This document shows, piece by piece, positions 1-12,700 of a stretch of DNA of 64,000 nucleotides. The DNA comes from Phoronis australis (Eukaryota > Animalia > Phoronida). Both the position numbers and the translations under genes were made by a program. The stretch's first letter is position 1. The number at the start of each line of letters is the position of its first letter. The DNA lies in assembly GCA_002633005.1 (NCBI GenBank), contig NMRA01000219.1:560534-624533 (forward strand). The letters are read 5' to 3'. Under the pieces are notes generated by a model, which had not been told where the DNA came from, did no database searches, and was given only the letters and a program-made list of their open reading frames with translations.

Positions 1-399
1 GATATGTACGGATAGCCAGATGTATGAGGAATGCAATGATATCAAAATCATTCATTTAGACTCACATTTAGTGGATTTATTTGGAATAACTTAGGGTCCA
101 TTATATCCAGCTAGTGCCGAACTTTCACCAAGTCGCCATATGCGACTTCTTGTCAAGCTAGGTGGCGAGCACAGGCTTGTAATAAATGATATCCCAAAAA
201 GACTTGCATAATCTTGACTTTCTTCAGGCAATGCAATGCAGCCCTGGTGACGATCAGAAGACTGCGGTGCCTGTGACTGCAAGAACGAGTCAAGTGTGAA
301 CCAGGTCCAGGATGCCTGGATGGGCGGCCGAGCTGGTTGTTGAAGAATTGAGAAGTGCATTTCGCTTCAAAAGACGTTCTACCTTAACCATAAACTTAC

Positions 400-520
400 C
401 ACGATATCTTCAGTTGCCGCTCTAGAAATAGAACAGTTTCTAACAAAATGATTTACAAGAGAAAAACACAAAACATCACGACAGCTCGCAAGAAGAATGA
501 TTCAGAGCTCAGTGTTTTTC
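400..520 (-). other. Probable non-coding first exon of a divergent gene continuing out of the window
   Basis: Minus-strand donor TCGTG|GTAAGT (GT at 399-398) lies next to CRE and CCAAT motifs. No convincing coding frame; the 5' end is approximate. Confidence 0.4.
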
Positions 521-529
521 TCATGATAC

Positions 530-593
530 TGACGTCATTTCCTTTAAAACATCGTTCAGCAGTACATGAAAATATTTCCCTTCATTGGCCAAT
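530..593. promoter_or_regulatory. Candidate bidirectional promoter elements: CRE (TGACGTCA) and overlapping CCAAT boxes (ATTGGCCAAT)
   Basis: TGACGTCA at 530-537 and ATTGGCCAAT near 584-593, between two outward-facing splice donors at 399 (-) and 880 (+). Confidence 0.45.
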
Positions 594-759
594 GTATGAA
601 TTAATGTCATTTTATTTTCAATAATTTCAATAATTTGGTGAATTTTTCAACGTGATAATACTTTTCTACAATTTTAAAAGGAAATATTTTTCGAAATATT
701 TGAAATATAAATATAGTCCATTCAAACAAAAAGGGGGTTCGTGTTTTCTAAACCATCGC

Positions 760-879
760 CGAGAACAAGATTGACAGCGAAATATTCCGAGTTTACAAAG
801 ATTACCTACTCCGTAACGCTTTCAACAGTGCGATCAATCCGAAAATATTTTAGACGGGATGCGACTTGATCTGTAACAG
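760..879 (+). other. FAM13A: Probable 5' UTR first exon of FAM13
   Basis: CpG-richer stretch ending in the donor AACAG|GTAATT at 880; contains a short uORF at 859-876. Start is approximate and linkage to FAM13 is inferred. Confidence 0.5.
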
Positions 880-1540
880 GTAATTTTTTTGTAGTGGAGT
901 TAAACTTGGTGTGGTTTCGAAAGACTAGCCTTGCTTGTTGTTTACTAACGAGTGAGTGCTAGTCTGGCGTGAGCGGCAGTGCGTGGTGTTTGGTGGGTCA
1001 TCAAATTGCAAAAATGCATTGCCAATGCTTGGGGTTGGGGCACAACACACGTTCCATATCTTCCAGTATATATATTTTCAGGCAAACTTCCAGTAATCCT
1101 GCTCTTTTGGCGTTCAAATGAACTAGTTGTAATCGAGTACCAGTCCTCTGCTATGGGCTCTACTATAGGCTATACTCAGCTCTCCTATTTCGGCAGTGGT
1201 CGGATGTAGCGGTGTCTAATTAAGAGAACCAGGCAGGCACTGAATAACAGGTGCGTTATTCAGTGGTTGCCTGGTTCTCTAAATCAGGGACTGGAGCTCT
1301 CGACCAGTGCCCTCAAGTTCCACTAACAACACTGGTGAATCTCAAAGTCAAAGTTAACGAGGTTCAGCTAGGGAGCAGGCAGGCATAATCACAATCATGT
1401 GAGTGATCGGACAATGTGCACAATGATCTTAGTAGTGCTTAGCTTCCATCACTTCCTCCAGAAAAGAATAAAGAATTGAGAAAACAACAGGTGATTGCTA
1501 TCCGGCATAATGGAGGACAATAGCCTTAGCCATAAAATTG

Positions 1541-1654
1541 GGCAATAGTCGGATATAACGTGCCCACATTTTGAGAACCAGTTTGATGCACGTTATTCAG
1601 TGGAGAAAACTGGTTCTTAAAAAGTGGGCACATTATAATGTATGCGATTATTAC
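1541..1654. mobile_element. MITE family A copy (Merlin-like)
   Basis: GGCAATAGTCGGATATAAC...GAGAACCAGTTT...AAACTGGTTC core shared with copies at 3322, 8402 and 11048. Confidence 0.75.
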
Positions 1655-3321
1655 TCGAAACTGTGTATAGCTTTTAGAACGATGTAGGCACAAACTTAGC
1701 AAAATCAAACCTTAGTGTGGCGCAAAACTAATGTCACATTTGTTTTTGGCCAAAATATGAGTACAAACTTTAAACCAGTGCACATGTAACCAACGACATA
1801 TTGATCGACGTTTCTTTTATTGTCTATAAATCATTCTCAAGACAAAAGTTCACAATATGTCGTTGTTTACATATGCGCTGATTTTAACATCAATGTCGTT
1901 AAAAGCTGCACTCCTTGAGTTGCTAAAAATTATCGTTAGACAGTTATTCTACCGCTAAATTTGTGAAGTAACAATGTGAATCAGCTTTCAGCACCATGAA
2001 TAGACTGAGGTGAGAGGTTCTGGTTTTCTTGTTTTCAAATCAAAGAAACATAAAATCGCATGTGTTTTCATTTTGTAAACTATTTATGCTACGCAACTAA
2101 CATTTTTGTGTTTTCTTCAAATCATCTTATAGAAGTTGGACAACGGTTATTTTCATTCATGTTCAACAGACCCAGCCTAAATCTGAGACCCTAGGTTAAA
2201 ACTACTGCGACTAAGAGACCTGAGGTTTATTGAGAACAGCGAACCTTTAGTATACCCCGGTTTATTTTGGAAAACTGGCTTCTATAAGCAATTCATTGAT
2301 TTTTTGAGTATCCCACCTTTTTGTTCACCCCTTTGTTACACAAGTCATTTAAAGATGTATATTTGCAGACTCCTAACTATGCTGATGCGTAGTAGGAGCT
2401 AAACGACAATGTTATTTCAACATCATCTATGCTTAACATAGTCCAGCTGTATTCATTAACAACTTGTAAATGTGAACACAAAACATTCTGCAAATAGGTG
2501 ACCTTTGCACTAATGACGTACCTTGGAGGCTCACATAGCCATCATCATGCAGTGTTATTCCCCAACACATGTCATGATACTTACTGGATACGATTCAATA
2601 ATTTATGGCAGATGATTTTCGACACAAAACTCGTTCTTTAAAACATTTGGCAATTTTCAATTTACTTCATATTGACATTGTTGGTATATGTTGTATTTCT
2701 AATTAATTTGACCAAGCAAACACAGAGATAATGAATTAGCATGTAAGCTCCACTTTAATGAGACCATGAAAAAGCCGAGGTCCAGACCTTTTTCTATAAT
2801 AAATATTTGAATCTTTCATTCTTTTGTTATCCCCATAGCTATTAAAGCTTTTTTGATAGATTTTTCAACGAAACCAAGAGTTAAATTAGGTATAAACAAC
2901 AGATCACCTGTACACAAAATGGAGCTCATCTTTACATTGCTGTGCTTAGCCTCACTTTTGTATTCCACATGAATATTAATGACATATTTTTAAGAAGGGT
3001 CTACAGGGTAACTACGTCAACATGTAAATGAATAAAACTTATGACGACAGATCGTATATACACAAAGTAACTGGTTCTCAGTGACTTACAGTCATTTTAA
3101 TTTTAGGTGCATAAAATGCGTTTTTTTCATTCAAGTTTGGTCATTGCAGAATCTACCTATTCTTGATGGATTTTTCGTAGAGTTTAGCATATGGTGTTGA
3201 TCTTTCAACAGAACTGGGTGTAGTGGTGTTTCTTTGTAGGTTTTCTTTATGTTTGTCTTGATTTTGCCAATTTTTTATGGAACTTTATGAAATTGGGCAT
3301 GTGTGTTCCTATTGAGGAAAG

Positions 3322-3431
3322 GGTAATAGTCGGATATAACGCGCCTGTATTTTGAGAACCAGTTTGATGCCCGTTATTCAGTTAAGAAAACTGGTTATCA
3401 AAATTCATGCACGTTATATAAGACCATTTCC
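3322..3431. mobile_element. MITE family A copy (Merlin-like)
   Basis: GGTAATAG...CATTTCC, flanked by GAGGAAAG/GAGGAATG (8-bp TSD, 1 mismatch). Confidence 0.8.
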
Positions 3432-3678
3432 GAGGAATGCTGCGGTTGTGCTGATTTTCAAATTGATCTGACTACTGTCATGGTAATATTTGAATAAAGC
3501 CCACTCCTTATATCTTTACTATTTGTTTTACATATGGTGGACACATATCAATGTGGTTATTGTTGTTTTAAAGTTGCTGTATTTAAGATATTTGTGTACA
3601 GTTGTCTTTTGTTTATGGAAGTATTCTAGACAGTTGTTATTGGTGTATTAAAATGAGCCAGACTTGCTTATTATTTCT

Positions 3679-3970
3679 CAGTGTTTTCCATAACGGAGAA
3701 TTCAAACTCGTATGGAATTACAAAATTCATGCATGTGCTCGAAAGTCTATGTCCACTGAGTTGGAGTTTGTCTATTAAGTTTTAGAATAAATGCATTATA
3801 CTTGTAACAAAAGCTCAAAATTTCGTAAATTACACAAGAAATGACTAAATCTTCCAATACTTCAAACTCCTTGCAGAGATTTCCAAACTCGACGCGTGTA
3901 AGCTGAGCTCGTCACAGCAAAATTTAACCTCGACGCAGTGACTAATCAAAACAGGTTATGGAGAACACTG
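3679..3970. mobile_element. Non-autonomous hAT-like element
   Basis: TIRs CAGTGTTTTCCATAAC / GTTATGGAGAACACTG; no clear TSD. Confidence 0.65.
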
Positions 3971-4444
3971 ATTTGAAAAACTTAAGCCAATAACCCTAAA
4001 TGACTATTATGACTATTATTTTTGACGCTTAAGATGCAGTAATGCCTTTTCAATGGGGGGGGGAGGGTAAAATGAATAGGACCATAAGCAACGCTGTATC
4101 ATATCAAAATGTGCTTTTTAGTTTGAGTTGGATTCACAAGTTTTTGTTTATCATAGCATAGGCTAGAATTGAAACTATGCATGTGTTCTTATGCAAATGA
4201 TGATGGCATCTTGATGTAGGATGACTCATAGTGTTTTTGTTCAATAACATCAAAGTTTGAAATTGCCTAGCAGCTGTTGTTTTACAATCACGCGACACTG
4301 GCGGGTGTTACTGCATATAAGTGTATTTAGCTGTTTAAGGTAATGCAGACCCTTATCGATGAGTCAATGTACTTAGTCAAATGTCTACTAAACTATAGAT
4401 TGTTACTTTGTGAAAGTATGTATTTTCTAAGAGTACGAAGTCTG

Positions 4445-5721
4445 TAGAATTTGATTGTGGACTTTGTACCAAATCTGCCATGAATCAGGACACATAACCG
4501 TGTGTTCTTTAGTAAAATTTACCTAAAAAACCTAAATGCAGAGCATGCAAAAGTGGAACATTTTAAAAACATATCTGCATTTTAGAGAACAGTGTCTAAA
4601 CTAAAGCATAGTATGTGAAAGTTATAAATGAATTCAGTCAGCCATTTGAGATGATGTTCTGTAGTCAAATTTGGACATTTTTCAAAAGTCCAATATAAAC
4701 CATAAGCATTTTTGCCTTGTATAATGTTAGCCAGTATTTAACCATCACCATTCATGGAAGTGACACTGAACTACAGGTCTATTAAATCAGGAAGTAAAAA
4801 TGATGTTTATTATTTGAGGTTTGGTCATGGAAATATTGACAGAAAGGTATTTTTTATTTAGAATTTTTTTTGTAGAAGTATAGACTCCCTGATTGCCATG
4901 ACACTGCCTCATTCGACCATGTTCCCCAACGTCAGAACACTTGGGGAACAAAACTGTCCTCTAGAAACCTTTGCTCATTAGTGAGGGGGATGGGGCTCTT
5001 TTCCAATGGGTACTCGAAATCTAAAACGCTGTCTGAAATATTTTTTCGCCAACATACCCCACAGTGCTAAAATGNTAGAATTTGATTGTGGACTTTGTAC
5101 CAAATCTGCCATGAATCAGGACACATAACCGTGTGTTTTTTAGTAAAATTTACCTAAAAAATCTAAATGCTGAGCATGCAAAAGTGGAACATTTTAAAAA
5201 CATTTCTGCATTTTAGAGAACAGTGTCTAAACTAAAGCATAGTATGTGAATGCCATAAATGAATTCAATCAGCCATTTGAGATGATGTTCTGTAGTCAAA
5301 TTTGGACATTTTTCAAAAGTCCAAAATAAACCATAAGCATTTTTGCCTTGTATAATGTTAGCCAGTATTTAACCATCACCATTCATGGAAGTGACACTGA
5401 ACTACAGGTCTATTAAATCAGGAAGTAAAAATGATGTTTATTATTTGAGGTTTGGTCATGGAAATATTGACAGAAAGGTATTTTTTATTTAGAATTTTTT
5501 TTGTAGAAGTATAGACTCCCTGATTGCCATGACACTGCCTCATTCGACCATGTTCCCCAACGTCAGAACACTTGGGGAACAAAACTGTCCTCTAGAAACC
5601 TTTGCTCATTAGTGAGGGGGATGGGGCTCTTTTCCAATGGGTACTCGAAACAACGAAGTTTAGTAATCTAAAACGCTGTCTGAAATATTTTTTCGCCAAC
5701 TTACCCCACAGTGCTAAAATG
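4445..5721 (+). repeat. About 630-bp direct duplication (4445-5074 and 5076-5721) separated by a single N
   Basis: Near-identical copies with a few SNPs and an extra ~16 nt in copy 2 near 5651. Confidence 0.9.
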
Positions 5722-5892
5722 TATGCAAGCTCACTTAGTAGAGGACGAGTTTGAACATTTCAGACAACTACAATCGGCTTTCGTTAGCACCTCAGTCACC
5801 AACAGAAAATCTATTTCACCTTACAGCACAGTGATTGCTTTATGGTCTGAAATTTACAATTGTTACTAGTATAAACCACGTCCTGTTGTCTA

Positions 5893-6278
5893 GGGGCCCT
5901 TTCATACTAACTTAACTCTTGTATGAGTAGAGCGTGGTTATAAACTGCCAAGTTAATTGAACCGTTCGTAACAGCTTTGTTTAACGGCATCAAAGTAAAC
6001 GATAGGTGATTATTCAGTCCAAAAATATTAGTAACTATTATAGACGACACTGCCCTTTAATTGGTGATGATAGCAGTGACCTCTAGCAATGACTTCGATG
6101 GGACCAGAGTTAACCATTCATACTGCACTGCAGCGTCAACGCTCCACTGTTAAATCCACCTGTTTAAACTATGAAGTTAACTGGTGCTGTTAACTTCGGT
6201 CCAGGACCGAAGTTGACCGTTCATCCTGACCGCAACTCCCCAAACCATCGACGCGCTGACGTTAGTATAAAAGCGCCT
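5893..6278. mobile_element. Non-autonomous PIF/Harbinger-like element
   Basis: TIRs GGCCCTTTCATACTAAC / GTTAGTATAAAAGCGCC, with internal GTTAAC-type repeats. Confidence 0.55.
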
Positions 6279-8401
6279 TAAAGTAACTTTCCTCACGAAA
6301 GTATTTGGAAAGGAGTCCAAAGCAATATCGTTGTACTCTTATCCTTTGCTTGAAGTTGGTTGCAGTATAACGCTTGGAAAGACTGCCATGTTGATTTGGT
6401 GGCTGCAACTAACTGACCATGAGAAGCAAACTTCATGAGCCTTGTTTGAAGCAAGTGTTAGTTGTTTTCAAGCGCTGCATCTAGAAATCATTTCTATTCT
6501 TGCTAAAGAACAAGGTGAGACCAATTTCATAACAGTACTTGCCAAAATAAAAAGTTGGCTTTTGGCAGAAGGTGCTCTAAACATCTGATCAGTAAACATT
6601 TTCCGTGTAGTATCTGCCTAAGGTCAGTAATGGTTGTGAGAAATAGAATTTATAATGGAATTTCAGTGTTGTACTAGTTTCTGTGTTGTAGACATGTCCG
6701 CACTGTTGAATAACGACATGAGTCAGACTAGTTTGAATTTTGACACACATAACCTGCTGGCATGTCTGATCCTCGATATTTAATAAAGGTTCAGCTCAGT
6801 CTGGTGATATGGGATACAATAGGACTTCCAGTCAGAGATGATGCTAATTGTACCCCCTGTCTCCCCAAGACGAGCTGTAATCCCTGGTCTTAGGGATGCT
6901 GTGTTAAAATTGTCAGCTGTTCAGTATACTGCACCATCTCCAGAATCTATAGAGTTGTTTAATTTCTCCGATCAATACCAATTGAGAATGGCTGGTCTTT
7001 TTATGCGTGGGCAGAGCATTGAAGGATTAACGTTAGATTGTGTGAGTTGTGAGCACTTCATCAACCCTGATTGTTTTCTTGAGCTGCTAGTGCCTGGGTA
7101 AGTAGTTGTAGGCTGCAGGTCTTACCCGCATCCATTTCCTGGCTTTAGGTTAAGGTTTGACTACAGAAAATTTGACTATATTTGTACCATCATATCTCAG
7201 AAATTACTTGGTACAGCAGCAAGTGTCCTTTAAACAGTCTGTTGTCAACAAAACTACAACACTAGTTTGCACTAATGCATTGTGGGACCAGATTGCTAAT
7301 ATTTTGACATATTTGTTAACTTTGGGATGGTGCTTTAAGTATTTTCTTAATAGCCATATGTGTCTTCATGTTTGGCTCTTTGTTTTAAATTACTCCAAAG
7401 AACAATCGGGGTAGATATAAATAGGCCATGTTCAAAATTCCCTAACTTTAATACTTAACATTTGGAATACAGGCTTGTTGACTGCTGTTTGCCAATCACA
7501 TTTTTGAGTCGGTGCCAAATTTTTGTTGCAAGAGAATAACTCCTATTGGTATGGCATTTTTATGGTTCAACTGGAACTGTTATGGTGGTTCAACTCATTG
7601 ACGGCTCTTGCATTTCTTTTTTACCTCTTGCCGGACTGGAGTTGGCGTAGGAGACTTTTTGTATATGTTAAAACAAATCAATCGGGTGTTCTGTCAACAA
7701 ATCACTTTTTATGTTAGTCACTTTCTATTTACTTAGATTTGAAGTGACTTCTCAGTTGGAAAAGAACTGGCACTGGTCATTCATTATCAAAGCTTATAAG
7801 GTTATGTGGGACCCAGAAATATGTCCAAATTTTGACTAACTTCACAACATCATGTCTAAGAAACGGTAGTTCGGATTCATATGAAACTTTGAGATACTGC
7901 AATGTTTTCCAAAAACTGATGGGAGTTGTTCTTTTTTGCATGAGAGGTTATCAAAAAATAGAACTCTTTATGATTTTCAGGGAAACAACTTGAGTTGTAT
8001 AAAAGGAAACAAATAGATATATTGGTGTCTTGTGATCTTGTGTTGTCCATCAGAATATGCCATTGAATCATCATCAAATGCTATGATCTTACAATGGTGA
8101 AGAGTTACGCGTCAAATATTGTCCACTCCTAAGTCTGTCCCCTATTGATCTTTATCCACATGTGAGCCATTTGTCATGTTTATGGTAATAACACAACTGT
8201 ATACCTGAAGATGTAATAACCTAATGTATAATTAATAAGCACTCGTGGGTGAGATCAGTTTCGTGTGTTATTGATGATATTTCTGGCTTAAACTAGCTCA
8301 TTAACTGCATTAGATGAGCTTAACACTGTACTGTATGCTCAAACTGAAAAGAGCAACAGTTGATTAGCATGTTGCCGAAGTATCATCTATTTAGAACATT
8401 T

Positions 8402-8514
8402 GGTAATAGTCTGACATAATGTACCCGCATTTTGTGAACAAGTTTTCTCCACTGAATTAGGGGCGTCAAACTGCGGGTTCTCAAAATGTTTGCACATTAA
8501 ATCTGACTATTGCC
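8402..8514. mobile_element. MITE family A copy, inverted orientation
   Basis: GGTAATAGTC...GACTATTGCC, with AACATTT on both flanks. Confidence 0.75.
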
Positions 8515-9711
8515 CAAACATTTTCCATTTAAAACTTATTTTGTTTATTTAGCATTCTAAGAAACAATCATATTAGGCCTTTTACTCTTAGGTCTCATAA
8601 TAGTCTTCATCTTGATAGGGTTATGGACGTAGATTAGGGTTTTTAACATGCAATCATTGCAGTAGCTATGTAACTCCCTTTGGATAGCTAAGGCCAATGA
8701 AAATTGCCAAATTGGCTTGAGTCTGTATTTTTTGAAAATTGAAGTGGCATTTTTAACAGCACTACGACTGCCGCATGTCAAAACCAAGTCAAATTAAGGT
8801 CATGAAAGAAGATTGTGGCTGAGTTGCCAAGCCAGTTTCTTTATTAAAAAGTAGCTTGTATATTGTGTATCTCTTGAAAAAGATCACTGCTAAAATGATG
8901 TGGGAGGCATTTTTTTCCCATAAACAATGAAGAGGAGGATTCAAAATCAGTCTGCTGCAAATCAGAACCAATTATGTTGTTTCCTTTGGCCTAATTATGT
9001 TTAACATTGAAACAACCTTTATTAATCTGTCATTATAATTAGGTCTGTTCTGTCCATTTGTGAAGTCTCTTGAATTGTCATGTAATTTTTCCATCCTTGC
9101 TGTCAAGTTAATGGATTGATCTGATAAAAAACAGCGAGGATTTGCAACTGCTTGAGCAATTCAACACGCCGCATTATTTTCCCATTAGAATCCCTTTTTG
9201 AGGCCTTAGGTGCCTGGATAACTTGTTTTCATATTGACTGGCTGTGGATAGTTAAACTGTGTTTTCCAGGGTCTGACTTATTCTTTGGGGATTAGAATTT
9301 CTGTGGGGAAACAAGTGTTCTCAAAACGTGCTGTGGTTATGTGCATCTTTGCATATGGCTTCTGTAAGTTTTCTGTTTGGTGTTAAATAGTATACAACAT
9401 CATGTTGTGATAATGGAGTGGTTGTAGTGTTGTGTTTTGACGCTTTCCCCACAGATGGCAATCGTTTGTTCCTAATGTGACCTATTTGTATTGTGTTGCG
9501 GCAATTACATTCTAGAATTCCCTATTGTAGGTCTCCGCTGTGCGTTTATGTCAGGATCTGTGAAAAGTTTGAAGCGCCCCTTTTTGTTTGTCTATGAAGT
9601 AAATCTAAATCATTTTCTAATTTATCACAAATTTTCTTTTTCTATTTTTCCAGGTGAGGTGACCATGGTTAGCTTATAGGACGCGCCGTGTGTTACCTGC
9701 ATGGAATCAGT

Positions 9712-9723
9712 ATGACAGATCAG
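9712..9723 (+). CDS. FAM13A: FAM13 candidate first coding segment (MTDQ) in exon 9654-9723
   Basis: Strong acceptor TTTTTCCAG before 9654 and donor CAG|GTGAGT at 9724. ATG ACA GAT CAG joins in frame to exon 14623. An alternative start is gccATGG at 14644. Confidence 0.6.
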
Positions 9724-12700
9724 GTGAGTGATGGGGTTGCCATGGTAACCAGTTGTGTTTGAGGTTTTGTGTTAGCTGTTCTGATACCGTTTGTCGAGAA
9801 TTAGAGAATTAAACATGAATTATTCACCGATCAGTCTGCTCTAAGTGATTGATCATGAATTAATTATTAAATATGCAGATTGCAGTTGTAGGTGATGAAG
9901 GAATATTGCGAATTTTTTAGTTAAAAATTTATGTAATTACGACTTTTTGATTAGAAATATCTCGTCATTCATTGGTAATTGAGACTATTAAATAAACTAG
10001 AATTTCTCAGATATGTATAAGTTTGTTGGTCTTTTCTATGAAAGTATTGTGTTTGAGGTATTTATTTCTGGAATTCAAGATATTTTTTTTTTAATTTATC
10101 TGAATTTACCAATAATTTTGTTGTTGTAAATGCTTATTTTCGTCGTCAGAACTAGGTCATTGGATCTGGCTTTACAAGAAAACAAATTACGATATTGCTT
10201 CAACCTTCTTCTTCCTTTTCATTGTCTGTCATTTAAATAGTAAACTTGTGTTGACATTTTGCACGCATGTTTTGACTTCGCTGGTGTTAGCATTGCCTCG
10301 TTGTGCATCATTTTTCCTTTGATTTAAAGACCACTCAACCGATTCTCAGCCCAATTTCAACAACGTGAAAGGTTTGTTTTATTAGCTAGAGTTTTAAGTG
10401 TCCATCTTCCCACACCCACTCTCCAAGTAGCTCTTTACATTGGATCAGTACGCACTTCTAACACTATACCACTTGCATGTCTCTTCTAACGGCAGGCACG
10501 AGTCCAGAAGTGGTCCATGGGGTCCAAACATCCCCCTCAGCTGCTTTTACATATAGCTGTAATGGGAAGATATGAAGTATCTCCTCCGTGACTACCCATT
10601 GTCGGACCCCTTGCTGTGATCCTGGATTCGCACCTGTACAGTTTTTCTATTTTTTGCATGCTCACTTTCCTCATATTTCCTGATCAGTTGTACGTGGCTG
10701 ACGCAGTGACCCGTTGTAGTGATTGAGGGACTTTCGCTGCAGTCACATTACAGTGACCTGCCTACCGTCAAAAAATCTAATTTTTGATGTGGATTGGTTA
10801 CAATTGTAACTGAAGTTGGTCTCAACTTATTTGTTAATCAAATGAGAAGTGATTTTTCTATATTGTGAAAGCACTGACTTCACTATATAGTTTCTATCAA
10901 TTACAAGTTTAGTCAGCTCTTTGCTAACCCAAAAATTGCTTCTCATCTGGATAAGGAAGAAATTGAGACCAGTTTTATCATGTTAAGTGGACTAGATCAG
11001 AAGTTGGTGTCTTGGACGAAATGCAGGTTTATAGCAGCTTAAAATGTGGTAATAGTCGGATATAATGTGCCCGTACTTTGAGAACCAGTTTGATGCCCGT
11101 TTTTCAGTGGAAAAAACTGGTTCTCAAAGTTAGGGCACATTATATCTGACCATTACCTAAAATGTTGCCCTGGAAGGATTAAAGAAGTTGTTTTTTAAAG
11201 ATAAGTGCCAAATTACACTCAGAAACCCACCTGCTGCCTTTGTCTTTGACTGTCACCCAAACATCTATTCTGAATAGTTTTTCAGTATGTGGTATTTTTA
11301 TTTCAATTCCAATAATTTCACCCTTTAGTTCTGTCTTCGTGTAATTTAAGTGTTTGTCTTATTCACCTAACCTGTTCAAGGGGCTTGTAGAAATATTTGT
11401 TTCCTGACCACCCTGTGAGTTGTATGTTTTGTTCTAATCTACCACCGTCTTCATTCACTCGTTGTGCTTGTGTACAGTATTCTCACCTGCAAGGCACATA
11501 ACGCCAAGTGTGAAACACTACTAACCCAGATTTGTGTGTGTACTCTTTTTCAAACAGTTAAACCGTTCTGATATATTTCATGAAAGTTCTAGAATTCTTC
11601 ACCCATTTAGCGCACAATATGGCAGACATTATAGTGAAATTTTACTTTGTCAAATTTCTCAACTACAATAAAGGTCATTATTTTTTTAGTTTATTGTTAG
11701 CTTAGTTTGTATAATGTAGATTTCATAAAACAATATTTGGCAAACTTTCCTTTAGTTTTAGCAAGTTAATTAGGCTTTGAAAACCAACAGAAAGGTAGTT
11801 TTGTCAATTATTTTGTGCCAAATAAATTTAGAATTTTCAATACATGATTTCCCTTCCTGTGTTTGTCTGTTGTGTTGCACTACAAGTTGTGTTGAAATCG
11901 TAGGATGCTCTATGACGCTATTTTCTTGTGAATGTCGTGAAGATAATGCTTTTGCAAGACTAAATCTCACATAATATAACCGCATAATCTTATACACAGC
12001 CACTGAAGGTATTATATGACCAGGCTGAAATGTTGAAATTAACTTTTCCTAGTTGCTGAACCTAAAATTTCTGGTCCTAAGTATTTCGTAACTAGCGTAA
12101 TGGAATGCACCCCAGCTCTAAACATTTCATTTATGGCCAGAATTATAGTATGTCTTGACCTCGTAATAGTTCGTTTCTGCATTGTTAAAACATTTAGTTA
12201 TCTTCAAATTAGCCTTTTTGTCAAGTGCATGATATTTGAAAAGCTTTTCTGAATACTTCCAAAGAGTGTCAGACATCTCCGAATGGCACTTCATTAAAAG
12301 AATGACTATTGACTATTCAGTTCTGTGTAGCAACACCAACTTGACTATCAAATTTTGGGTAATTTAGTCAATTACAGGGGTCTTGCGTTTTGAGAACTGG
12401 TTTTGCCCACTGATGTTGTGTATGCCAACCTTAATTTACTTCTGTTTGTTTTCAGTGGCAGAACTACGATTTTTTTTCTTCGTGGTCTTAATCATTCAGT
12501 CTTGTTAAAGAGAGTATTTATCACAGAAATCGTTGATTGAGGTGATGCTTAAACCCTGACCCTCTCTACCACCCATAGAGTATGGAGTGTCCGCATGCTC
12601 TAAAATGTTTCAAAATTCGCATATCTATGCATCTCATTTTCATGCAACACTTTAAGGTTTCAAAAGCAGATGAATAATCACATACAGGAATAGCATAAAA

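Noticed and set aside
91-360. 89-aa minus-strand ORF
   Set aside because: No recognisable domain, and it lies just downstream of a strong minus-strand donor at 399, so it is probably intronic.
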